In this document: positions 27,747-36,103 of the stretch, one piece after another
Layout: each line of letters starts with the position of its first letter
How positions within the stretch are numbered: the stretch's first letter is position 1
Assembly: GCA_963663895.2 (NCBI GenBank)
Contig: CAXXRD010000001.1
Coordinates: 640,001 to 704,000 of the forward strand
DNA: 64,000 bases
DNA from: Dehalococcoidia bacterium
GTDB lineage: Bacteria > Chloroflexota > Dehalococcoidia > Bin125
Direction of reading: 5' to 3'
Program-made: the position numbers and the translations under genes
Notes under the pieces: model-generated
The model's database searches: none
Seen by the model: only the letters and a program-made list of their open reading frames with translations
Told to the model about the DNA's origin: nothing

Positions 27747-28594
27747 CGGCCTTCCAGCATTCCGTAGGCTTCCGCCAACTCCGTCGCCTCCATCATGCCG
27801 ATGAACTCCGCAAACTCGCGCGGACGAGGCGTGCGATCACGATAGTCGGTGATGACGCCCTGCTCTCGCAGGGTGCGCCACGCCTCGCGCACGGCACGGT
27901 ACGCCACCATGATCGACGTGGCCGGATAAAGCACAACCTTGACGCCGCTCTGCTCCACGGCTGCGCGAGACTCCTGCGTCGCCAGGATGAGGAGCGGGAC
28001 CGGCAACGCCGCGGCCACGGCGGGAGCGTCCTCCAGTTTGAGAAAGGGAAGCATCACCAGGTCCGCGCCGGCCTCGGCGTAGGCGCGCGCCCGGTCGACG
28101 GCGTCGTCGAGCGTCGTGACGGTGATAGCGTCGCTGCGCGCGATGATGACAAAGTCCGGATCGGTCCGCGCGCCGACCGCCGCACGAACACGCGCGACCC
28201 CTTCCTTCTTGCTCACCAACACGTCCTTACGGCGGATGAAGTGCTTGCCCGCTAAGAGGTCCTCGATATGCACACCCGCCAGCCCCGCCCGCTCGCACTC
28301 GCGCACGGTCCGCCGCACGTTGAGCGGCGTGCCTCCCGCATCGTCCATATCGGCGATGATCGGAATATCCACCGCCGCGACGGCGTTTCGCACCTGCGCC
28401 AACAGCTCGGTCATCGTGACCAACGAATGATCGGGGATCCCGTAGGCGCTGGCCGCACAGGCATAGCCACCGAGGTAAACCGCCTCAAACCCCTCGGCTT
28501 CGACGATGCGCGCCGTCATGGCGCTGTGAGCCCCGGGAACGATGAGTGTGCCCGGTTGCGCCAGGATCTGTCGCAGGCGGGTGGTCCCTTTCAT
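27743..28594 (-). CDS. Isocitrate lyase/PEP mutase family protein (PrpB-like)
   Basis: GFEAVYLGG, IADMDDAGG, GVHIED, IIARSD, AYAEAGAD. Confidence 0.85.
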   Translation of the reverse strand: MKGTTRLRQILAQPGTLIVPGAHSAMTARIVEAEGFEAVYLGGYACAASAYGIPDHSLVTMTELLAQVRNAVAAVDIPIIADMDDAGGTPLNVRRTVRECERAGLAGVHIEDLLAGKHFIRRKDVLVSKKEGVARVRAAVGARTDPDFVIIARSDAITVTTLDDAVDRARAYAEAGADLVMLPFLKLEDAPAVAAALPVPLLILATQESRAAVEQSGVKVVLYPATSIMVAYRAVREAWRTLREQGVITDYRDRTPRPREFAEFIGMMEATELAEAYGMLEGR

Positions 28595-28885
28595 TCTCTC
28601 TCCTCCTCACCATTCGGTGCCTCGCTAAGCGCCACCGACGCTATCACGCCCGAACCGCACGTATGGTGCGACCATCGATGCGGGCGCGCGCGAAGACGGA
28701 CAGCACAGTCCGTTGGACGCAAGCCCGCCGAGCACTCATTGAGGAGCGGGTCCGCCGGCGCCGCCCATCGCGGCGGGCAAGGCCCTGCCGTCCTCGTAGG
28801 AGCGCCGCCCATTCATCGGCTATCCTGCCGCGGTCAAGCGACCGGGAAACGAGCCGCGGAAACCCGCGGCATGCGGAGGTAACCT

Positions 28886-29974
28886 ATGAAGGCCGCCGTT
28901 CTTCGAGAGACCAAGCAGCCGCTGACGCTGGAAGAGGTCACCATCGACGACCCGAAGCCGGGCGAAGTGCTGGTGCGCACCGGCGCGACCGGCGTCTGTC
29001 ACAGCGACCTGCACTACATGCTCGGTGCCTATCCCCACCCGCTGCCGACCATCCTCGGGCACGAGTCCGCGGGGACAGTGGAGCAGGTAGGCGAGGGCGT
29101 GACGACCGTCAAAGCGGACGACCGCGTCGTGCTGTCGTTCGTGCCGTCTTGCGGCAACTGCGAGCGCTGCGTGGAAGGCAGGCCAGTGCTCTGCCTGCGC
29201 ACGCGACGGGGCGAACGGCCGGACAAACTGACGCAGGGCGAGGCGTCGATCAACCAGTTCGCGGGCATGTCGGCGTTCGCGGAGATGCAACTCGTCCAGG
29301 AGAGCGCCTGCATTCCATTGCCCGACAGCGTGCCGATGGAATCCGCCTGCCTCGTAGGCTGCTCAGTGATGACGGGCTTCGGCGCAGTCGCCAACACAGC
29401 GCAGATGGAGCCCGGCTCAACCGTCGCGGTCATCGGGCTCGGCGGCGTCGGGCTCAACATCGTGCAGAGCGCGGCGCTGGCCGGCGCGAGCCGGATTTTC
29501 GCGGTCGACATCGCCGAGGACAAGCTGCAAGCGGCGCGGCAGTTCGGTGCGACCGACACGATCGACGCCTCCCAAGACGATCCGGTCGATTCGCTCAAGA
29601 AATCGACCAAGCGAATCACCGGCGGCGGCGTCGACTACGCCTTCGAGGCGATCGGGCTGGCCAAGACCGCCGAACAGGCCTTCGCCATGGCGCGGCGCGG
29701 CGGCGCGGCCGTGATCGTCGGCATGGTGCCCGTCGGTGAGCGGATCAGCGTCCCCGCCGCGCAGTTCCTGACCGAGAAACGCATCCTCGGGAGCTTCTAC
29801 GGCAGCGCGCGGCAGGCGAAGGATATGCCCAAGCTGCTGCAGCTTTACCAGCAGGGCAAGATCAAGATCGACGAGATGATCACGAACCGCTACGCCCTCG
29901 ACCAGATCAACGAAGCCTACGACGACCTCCAGAAAGGCGCGATGCTGCGCGGCGTCCTGACTTTCGATAGCTGA
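28886..29974 (+). CDS. Zn-dependent alcohol dehydrogenase (class III-like MDR)
   Basis: CHSDLH, GHE, CGNCERC..C, GLGGVG. Confidence 0.92.
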   Translation: MKAAVLRETKQPLTLEEVTIDDPKPGEVLVRTGATGVCHSDLHYMLGAYPHPLPTILGHESAGTVEQVGEGVTTVKADDRVVLSFVPSCGNCERCVEGRPVLCLRTRRGERPDKLTQGEASINQFAGMSAFAEMQLVQESACIPLPDSVPMESACLVGCSVMTGFGAVANTAQMEPGSTVAVIGLGGVGLNIVQSAALAGASRIFAVDIAEDKLQAARQFGATDTIDASQDDPVDSLKKSTKRITGGGVDYAFEAIGLAKTAEQAFAMARRGGAAVIVGMVPVGERISVPAAQFLTEKRILGSFYGSARQAKDMPKLLQLYQQGKIKIDEMITNRYALDQINEAYDDLQKGAMLRGVLTFDS

Positions 29975-29990
29975 CGAGGGCGGGCACGGG

Positions 29991-31415
29991 CTAAAGCGCC
30001 ATCTCCGGTACCTGGGCGGGTACGTTCAAGGGACAGCCCGTGGCGGCGATGACCTCTCCGGCATCGATACCGGGCGCCAACTCCCGCAGGAGCAGGCCGC
30101 CGGGCGTCACATCGATCACCGCTAGGTTGGTGACGACAGTGTCCACGCAGCGGCGCGCCGTAATGGGCAGCTCGCAAGCGGAGACCAAACGCGGGCGGCC
30201 GCTTCTGGTGGTGTGCTCCATGATCACGATCAACTCGGAGCCGCCGGCGATGAGGTCCATCGCCCCGCCCATCGCCGGCGCGGTCTTGCCCGGCCGGTAC
30301 CAGTTAGCGAGGTCTCCGGCCTCCGACACCTCGTAGCCGCCCAAAACGACGGCATCGAGGTGGCCGCCGCGCGCCATCGCGAAGGAGCTGACGCTGTCAA
30401 AGATGCTGCTGCCCGGGACAAGCTCTAAGGGCAAGCTGCCTGCATCGAAAAGGTGCGGCTGCCAGCGATCCCGATCCGTAAGGCCCTGGTATCCAAGAAT
30501 GCCGTTTTCGCCCTGCAACATGACCGGCGCCTTGAGCTCATCGAGCCAGCGCGCCACAAGCGTCGGCAACCCCACGCCGAGATTCACATAGTCGTAATCG
30601 GCGACCATCCGCGCAACGCGCAGCCCCATCTGCTCCCTCGTGAGGCCTCGCGCCTCACCTTCCATGGCCGGCGCCGCGGTCGGGTCCTTGCGATAGCCCC
30701 ACGCCTCACGGAGCAACTCGTCCCGTGCGATCCCGTGACGCACAACGCTGTCGACGAAGATGCCGGGCAGGTGCACTCCTTCCGGCGCGATCGCGCCCGC
30801 GGGCACGATGGTATCCGCCTCCACGACAACCGTTCGTGCGGCCGTGGCCATGGCCGTCTGGAAATTGCGCGTCGTGCCCTGGAAGCGGCAGTTCCCGGAT
30901 TCATCGGCGACCTGGACGCGCAGCAGGGCATAGTCGGCGGGAAGCGCACGTTCGAACAGATGGGGGCGGCCGTCAAAGTCACGCTGCTCCTTGCCTCTGG
31001 CAACCTCGGTGCCGACTCCCGTCGGCGTGAAGAACCCGGCCACGCCCGCGCCGGCTGCACGGATTCGCTCGACGAAGGTCCCCTGGGGCACGATCTCGAG
31101 CTCGACCGCGCCGCGCAGGATCGCCTCTTCAAACGGCGTGCGCGCGTGCGGCTGGCCGGCGCCGGAGCCGATGAACTTCTTGACCAAGCCACGTTCGGCA
31201 AGCTGCTGGGGCGTGAAAGCCCCTTTGCTCACGGAGTTGCAGATGATGGTGAGGTCGCCCGCTCCGTGATCAGCCAGCGCGCCCAGCAGCGTGCCGGGCC
31301 AAGAAACCGTGGTCGAGAAGCCGCCGACCATGATCGCCATGCCCGGCCGCACGCCGGCGATCGCCTCCGCCGCGGAGGCCACGACCTTGGTCGCATCAGC
31401 CTTCCCGGCAGCCAA
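29991..31415 (-). CDS. Family I CoA-transferase, fused alpha+beta subunits (3-oxoacid CoA-transferase-like)
   Basis: PQGTFVERIRAAGAG, YVNLGVGLPT, GENG, MGGAMDL. Confidence 0.9.
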   Translation of the reverse strand: MAAGKADATKVVASAAEAIAGVRPGMAIMVGGFSTTVSWPGTLLGALADHGAGDLTIICNSVSKGAFTPQQLAERGLVKKFIGSGAGQPHARTPFEEAILRGAVELEIVPQGTFVERIRAAGAGVAGFFTPTGVGTEVARGKEQRDFDGRPHLFERALPADYALLRVQVADESGNCRFQGTTRNFQTAMATAARTVVVEADTIVPAGAIAPEGVHLPGIFVDSVVRHGIARDELLREAWGYRKDPTAAPAMEGEARGLTREQMGLRVARMVADYDYVNLGVGLPTLVARWLDELKAPVMLQGENGILGYQGLTDRDRWQPHLFDAGSLPLELVPGSSIFDSVSSFAMARGGHLDAVVLGGYEVSEAGDLANWYRPGKTAPAMGGAMDLIAGGSELIVIMEHTTRSGRPRLVSACELPITARRCVDTVVTNLAVIDVTPGGLLLRELAPGIDAGEVIAATGCPLNVPAQVPEMAL

Positions 31416-32813
31416 CTAGAGTCCCATCGTCGGCACATCGGCGGGCACGGTGAGCGGGCAACCCGTCGCCGCCACGACCTGCTCCACGCTGACTCCCGGC
31501 GCCAGCTCGCGCAGATGCAGCCCGTCCGCCTCGACGGCGATCAGGGCGAGGTTCGTGACGATGGTGTTGACACAGCCGCGTCCCGTCACCGGGAGGGTGC
31601 ACTCCTCGACGATGCGCGGGACGCCCTTGCGGGTCGTGTGCTCCAGGACCGCGATCAGCTCCGCATCGCCGGCGATCAGGTCCATCGCCCCGCCGATCAG
31701 CGGCCCGCCGACGCCGGGCCGGACCCAGTTGGCGATGTCGCCGCCACCGGACACCTCGTAGGCGCCCAGCACGACCGCATCCAAGTGGCCGCCGCGCGCC
31801 ATGGTGAAGGCCCCCGCGCTATCGATCACGGCGCTTCCCGGCAAGAGCTCGGCCGGCTGGCTGCCGGCGTCGAAGACGTTGGGGTCCCAGCGCGCCTTAT
31901 CGGCCAGGGCCCGGTAGCCCATCACTCCGTTTTCCCCGTGCAAGACCACCTCCGCCCCGAGCCGCTCGAGCCAGCGCCCGGCGAGCACCGGGAGACCGAT
32001 ACCGAGGTTCACGTAGTCGTAGCCCGCGATCAGCTTGGCAGTGCGCAATCCCATCTGATCGCGGTCCAGCCCCACGCCGGAGCCGGTCTTGCCCGCGACG
32101 TCCCGGGGCTGGATGCGCGCCACCTCAAGACGCTCCTCGTAAGGTACTTCCACCGCCACGACGCGATCGATGAAGATGCCGGGCAGATGCACGTCCTCCG
32201 GGTCGATCGCGCCCACCGGAACGATCTTTTCGGCCTCCACCACCACGATCTCCGCCGCCGTCGCCATCGCGGTCTGAAAATTGCGCGTCGTTCCCTCGAA
32301 ACGGCAGTTCCCGGCTTCGTCGACTTCGCTGGCCCAGAGGAGCGCGAAGTCGGCCCGCAGCGCCGGCTCCAACAGATACGTGCGGCCGTCGAACTCGCGG
32401 ACTTCGCGGTTCTCCTCAAGAGCGGTGCCCGCGCCCGTGAGGGTGTAAAACGCCGCCAGCCCCGCGCCGGCCGCCCGCATACGCTCCGCCAGCGTGCCCT
32501 GCGGTACTATCTCGACCTCGATCGCACCCGCAAGGATCTTGTCCTCGAACACCGTGGGCCGCGCGACCTGGGTGGCAGCCGAGCCGATGAATTTCTTGAC
32601 CAAGCCGGCTTCGGCCAGCATCTGCGGACCCAGCCGGCCGTAGCCGATCGTGCAGCCGATAACGGTCAGGTCGCCCGCCCCGTGCTCCACCATGGCGGAG
32701 AGCAGACTGATCGGCAGCGACATCGTCGGCGCGAAGCCGCCGAACATCACGTGCATCCCCGGCTGAAGCTCCGCGATCGCTTCGAGGGCGCTGGGGACAA
32801 CCTTGTTTCGCAT
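31416..32813 (-). CDS. Family I CoA-transferase, fused alpha+beta subunits (tandem paralog)
   Basis: MRNKVV.., PQGTLAERMRAAGAG, GENG, GGAMDL. Confidence 0.9.
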   Translation of the reverse strand: MRNKVVPSALEAIAELQPGMHVMFGGFAPTMSLPISLLSAMVEHGAGDLTVIGCTIGYGRLGPQMLAEAGLVKKFIGSAATQVARPTVFEDKILAGAIEVEIVPQGTLAERMRAAGAGLAAFYTLTGAGTALEENREVREFDGRTYLLEPALRADFALLWASEVDEAGNCRFEGTTRNFQTAMATAAEIVVVEAEKIVPVGAIDPEDVHLPGIFIDRVVAVEVPYEERLEVARIQPRDVAGKTGSGVGLDRDQMGLRTAKLIAGYDYVNLGIGLPVLAGRWLERLGAEVVLHGENGVMGYRALADKARWDPNVFDAGSQPAELLPGSAVIDSAGAFTMARGGHLDAVVLGAYEVSGGGDIANWVRPGVGGPLIGGAMDLIAGDAELIAVLEHTTRKGVPRIVEECTLPVTGRGCVNTIVTNLALIAVEADGLHLRELAPGVSVEQVVAATGCPLTVPADVPTMGL

Positions 32814-32954
32814 ACACACCCCATCGGACCGTGGCGGCAGGGCCACGAACCGTGAAAATATCGCACGCGCGGCGGCAGGCGGCCAGATCCCGGCGCCGGC
32901 TCTTGGTGCCGGTCCGAGGGTCACCAGCGCATTCGCGACGGATTAGTATGGCGT

Positions 32955-33692
32955 ATGCATCTCGAAATCGCTGCCGCGACCGACGTGGGCCTGCTGCGCA
33001 AGCGCAACGAAGACTGCGTGCGCGTCCGCTCCGACGGCGGACTCGGTGTGACGATCCTGGCCGTCGCCGACGGAATGGGCGGCGCTCCCGCCGGCGACGT
33101 GGCCAGCGCGCGGGCGGTCGAGATCTTTCAGCAGCGCGCCCTCGATCTGCTCGCTCAAGAGCCCGGCGATGTCGAGCAGGCCCTGCGCACCGCGATGCTG
33201 GAGGCCAACGCCGAAGTCCTGGCGCAAGCGCGGAAGCATGCGTGCTGGCAGGGAATGGGAACCACCCTCGTCGCGGCCTGTCTGCGGGGGACCAGCGCTT
33301 GGGTGATCAATCTAGGCGACAGCCGCGCCTACCATTGCCGCGGCGGGGACGCGACCGCCATCACGCAGGACCATGCCTATGTCGAGGAGCAGGTGCGCGC
33401 GGGCCGGATGACGCCGGAGGAGGCAGCGAGGAGCCCGCACCGCCACGTGCTCACCCAAGCGCTCGGCGGCGACGGCCCGATCCGGCCGGACCTCTTCGGA
33501 CCGCTGTCGCTTGAGGCAGGCGAAGCGCTGTTGCTCTGCTCGGACGGACTCCACAGCGTGCTGAGCGAAGCCGAGATCGCCGCGCAGGCGACGGGCATGC
33601 CCAGCGAGGCCGTGAGGCGGCTCATCGCCGCCGCCAACGATCGCGGCGGACCGGACAACATCACCGTCGCTCTCACGCGCCTGCGTCCCTAG
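32955..33692 (+). CDS. PP2C-type Ser/Thr protein phosphatase (Stp1/PrpC-like)
   Basis: TDVG..R..NED, ADGMGG, GMGTT, GDSRAY, CSDGL, GGPDNIT. Confidence 0.93.
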   Translation: MHLEIAAATDVGLLRKRNEDCVRVRSDGGLGVTILAVADGMGGAPAGDVASARAVEIFQQRALDLLAQEPGDVEQALRTAMLEANAEVLAQARKHACWQGMGTTLVAACLRGTSAWVINLGDSRAYHCRGGDATAITQDHAYVEEQVRAGRMTPEEAARSPHRHVLTQALGGDGPIRPDLFGPLSLEAGEALLLCSDGLHSVLSEAEIAAQATGMPSEAVRRLIAAANDRGGPDNITVALTRLRP

Positions 33693-33818
33693 CGCCCGCG
33701 CACGCAAACGCCGCGCCGGCGCGGCGCCGCCAGGCACTGCGAGCGAACGTTTGACGCGCCCCGGACGCCCTCGTAGGCTCGCGCCGCGCGGACCGTAGTG
33801 CCGCGGATGGAGCGTCCC

Positions 33819-34979
33819 ATGCAGCGCAGCGACGACCGAATCCTCACCACCCACGTGGGCAGCCTGCCCCGCAGCCCCGCCTTCACCGATCTGATCCTGC
33901 AGCGCGAGCGTGGCGAGCACTTCGACGCGGCGGAGTTCGAGCGCGCAGCGGGCCAGGCGATCGCGCATGTGGTGCGCGAGCAGATCGCCGCCGGCATCGA
34001 CGTGATCAACGACGGCGAGCAGCCGCGTCCCGGCTTCTCCACCTACGTCTATCAGCGCATGCAGGGCTTCGGCGGCGTGAGCGAGCGGCCGGTCCTGCGC
34101 GATATGGACGAGTACCCCGACTACGCGGAGATGGTAGTGGCGCGGCTCAAGAACACCGCCAAGATGATGGACGCGCCCCAAGCGATCGCCGCGGTCTCCT
34201 ACGAGGACCTCAGCGAGGCGCGGCGGGAGTGCGATCTCTTCCGGGAGGCGAGCGAGGCGCACGCCGGCCGCTTCGTCGAGCGGTTCATGTCCGCCGCCTC
34301 GCCGGGGATCATCTCCACCACCCTACTCAACGCGCACTACCCGACGCACGAGGACTACGTCTTCGCGCTGGCGCGGGAGATGAAGAAAGAGTACGCGTTC
34401 GTCACCTCGCAGGGCTACCTGCTGCAGATCGACTGCCCCGATCTGGCGATGGAGTGGTCGTTCGCGCTGAAGGGCATCAACCTGGACGACTTCAAGCAGA
34501 CCGTGGCGACGCACATCGAGGCGATCAACGTCGCAACGGAAGGGATCGCGCCGGATCGCATTCGTCTCCACGTCTGCTGGGGGAACTACGACGGCCCGCA
34601 CGTACACGACATCGCCCTGGAGGAGATCCTGCCCATCCTCTACGAGGCCAAGGTGGGCGCGCTTTCCCTGGGCTTCGCCAACCCGCGCCACCAGCACGAG
34701 CTCGCGGTGATCAAGGCGAACCCGCCCCCCGGTGAGATGCTCTTCCTGCCCGGCGTGATCGACTCGACGACGAACTACGTGGAGCACCCGGAAGTGGTGG
34801 CGCAGCGCATCGAGGCCGCCGCGGACGCGGTCGGGGATCCGAGGCGCGTCATCGCCTCCACGGATTGCGGCTTCGGCACCTTCGCCGGCTGGCAGATGGT
34901 CGCCGAGAGCGTCGTCTGGGAGAAACTCCGCGCGCTGCGGGAGGGCGCCGCCATCGCCTCGCAGCGTCTCTGGGGCTGA
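33819..34979 (+). CDS. Cobalamin-independent methionine synthase II family protein
   Basis: ILTTHVGSLPR, DGEQ, LHVCWGN, STDCGF. Confidence 0.9.
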   Translation: MQRSDDRILTTHVGSLPRSPAFTDLILQRERGEHFDAAEFERAAGQAIAHVVREQIAAGIDVINDGEQPRPGFSTYVYQRMQGFGGVSERPVLRDMDEYPDYAEMVVARLKNTAKMMDAPQAIAAVSYEDLSEARRECDLFREASEAHAGRFVERFMSAASPGIISTTLLNAHYPTHEDYVFALAREMKKEYAFVTSQGYLLQIDCPDLAMEWSFALKGINLDDFKQTVATHIEAINVATEGIAPDRIRLHVCWGNYDGPHVHDIALEEILPILYEAKVGALSLGFANPRHQHELAVIKANPPPGEMLFLPGVIDSTTNYVEHPEVVAQRIEAAADAVGDPRRVIASTDCGFGTFAGWQMVAESVVWEKLRALREGAAIASQRLWG

Positions 34980-35022
34980 GCACCGAAGACGAAGCTCCGG
35001 GCCTTCCCGGATTCGGCCGGAG

Positions 35023-35949
35023 CTAGCCGAAGATCGCCTTGGGCAGATAGGCCGCGACGACCCAATTCGGCTGGTCGACGATCTCGCTGATCCGCAGATC
35101 AACCGCGACGCTGCAAAGCATGTAGGCCAGCGCCGGCTCCAGCCCGTACTCCCGGCCGATGTGCTCGATCATGTCGCGCAGGGAGTCCTTGGCGGCCTCC
35201 ATGAGGTCGGGGCCGATCCCCGTCGTCGCGTAGTAGCCGCGCTCGTCGACGTGCCGCGTGGGGCTGCCGTCCATCTCGAACTGCGGGCGCTTGATCCCCG
35301 CGTCCTTGCGGAGAGTGATGCGCAGCCGCACGTTCATGGCCGTCTCGATGGCGGTGCCGCAGACCTCGCCGTCGCCCTGGGCTGCGTGGGTGTCGCCGAC
35401 GGAGAGCAGGCCGCCCGCGACCTGCACGGGCAGCCAGAGGCGCGCGCCGATCGTGAGGTCGCGGATGTCGACGTTGCCGCCCACCGCGCGGGGCGGCACG
35501 ATCGAATGCAAGCCGGGCTCCGCGGGCGCGAGCCCCACCGTCCCGGCGAACGGCCGGAAGGGCAGCGTGATCCCGGGCTCGAAGTACACCGACTGCCGGT
35601 CGTACTCCGAGATATGAAAAGCGGGTTCGGGAAAGTCCTCGGCCAACAGGCCGAACCCCGGAATCGAGGCGGTCCAGCCCCAGCCGCTCTCCTGCAGATC
35701 CAGCACCTCGACCCCGACCGCGTCCCCCGGCTCGGCCCCTTCCACGAAGACCGGGCCCGCGACCGGGTTGACCCGCGTGAAGTCGAGCGCCGGCACGTCG
35801 GCCGGTGTCGTCGCGCGCGTGTACTGGCCGGTGCTGGCGTCCATGCACTCGAACTCCACCTCGTCGCCGGGCACGACCCGCAGCGCGGGCGCGAAGCTGT
35901 TGTCCCAACCGAAATTGTGCTCGTGCCGATGAATGGTCTTGAACGCCAT
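35023..35949 (-). CDS. Acetamidase/formamidase family protein
   Basis: GPVFVEGAEPGD, GGNVD, GDTHAAQGDGEVCGTAIE. Confidence 0.92.
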   Translation of the reverse strand: MAFKTIHRHEHNFGWDNSFAPALRVVPGDEVEFECMDASTGQYTRATTPADVPALDFTRVNPVAGPVFVEGAEPGDAVGVEVLDLQESGWGWTASIPGFGLLAEDFPEPAFHISEYDRQSVYFEPGITLPFRPFAGTVGLAPAEPGLHSIVPPRAVGGNVDIRDLTIGARLWLPVQVAGGLLSVGDTHAAQGDGEVCGTAIETAMNVRLRITLRKDAGIKRPQFEMDGSPTRHVDERGYYATTGIGPDLMEAAKDSLRDMIEHIGREYGLEPALAYMLCSVAVDLRISEIVDQPNWVVAAYLPKAIFG

Positions 35950-36103
35950 GACGGTCTCCTCTTGCGGCGCTTCGCCCGGCGCCGCGGCCCGAGTCTAGCC
36001 GCTCCGGCCGCCCCATCTCCGGCGGCCGGGAGTCTGCAGAGGCCCGGCGTTGGAATGTGACGGCGTAGGCAGGGCGGGTTGCAGCGGGTTACCATCGAGT
36101 CGC

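Noticed and set aside
31413-31418. Pyrrolysine read-through at the in-frame TAG
   Set aside because: TAG is a very common ordinary stop in this window, both proteins are complete, and no pyl genes are seen
30453-32855. 800-aa plus-strand ORF (likewise 1116-2981, 8439-10301, 47808-49502, 49649-51313 and 52655-54691)
   Set aside because: Antisense shadows of recognisable genes caused by high GC3
35950-36103. tRNA or att site flanking the MORC/MTase island
   Set aside because: No cloverleaf, T-loop (GTTCGA) or flanking direct repeat recognised
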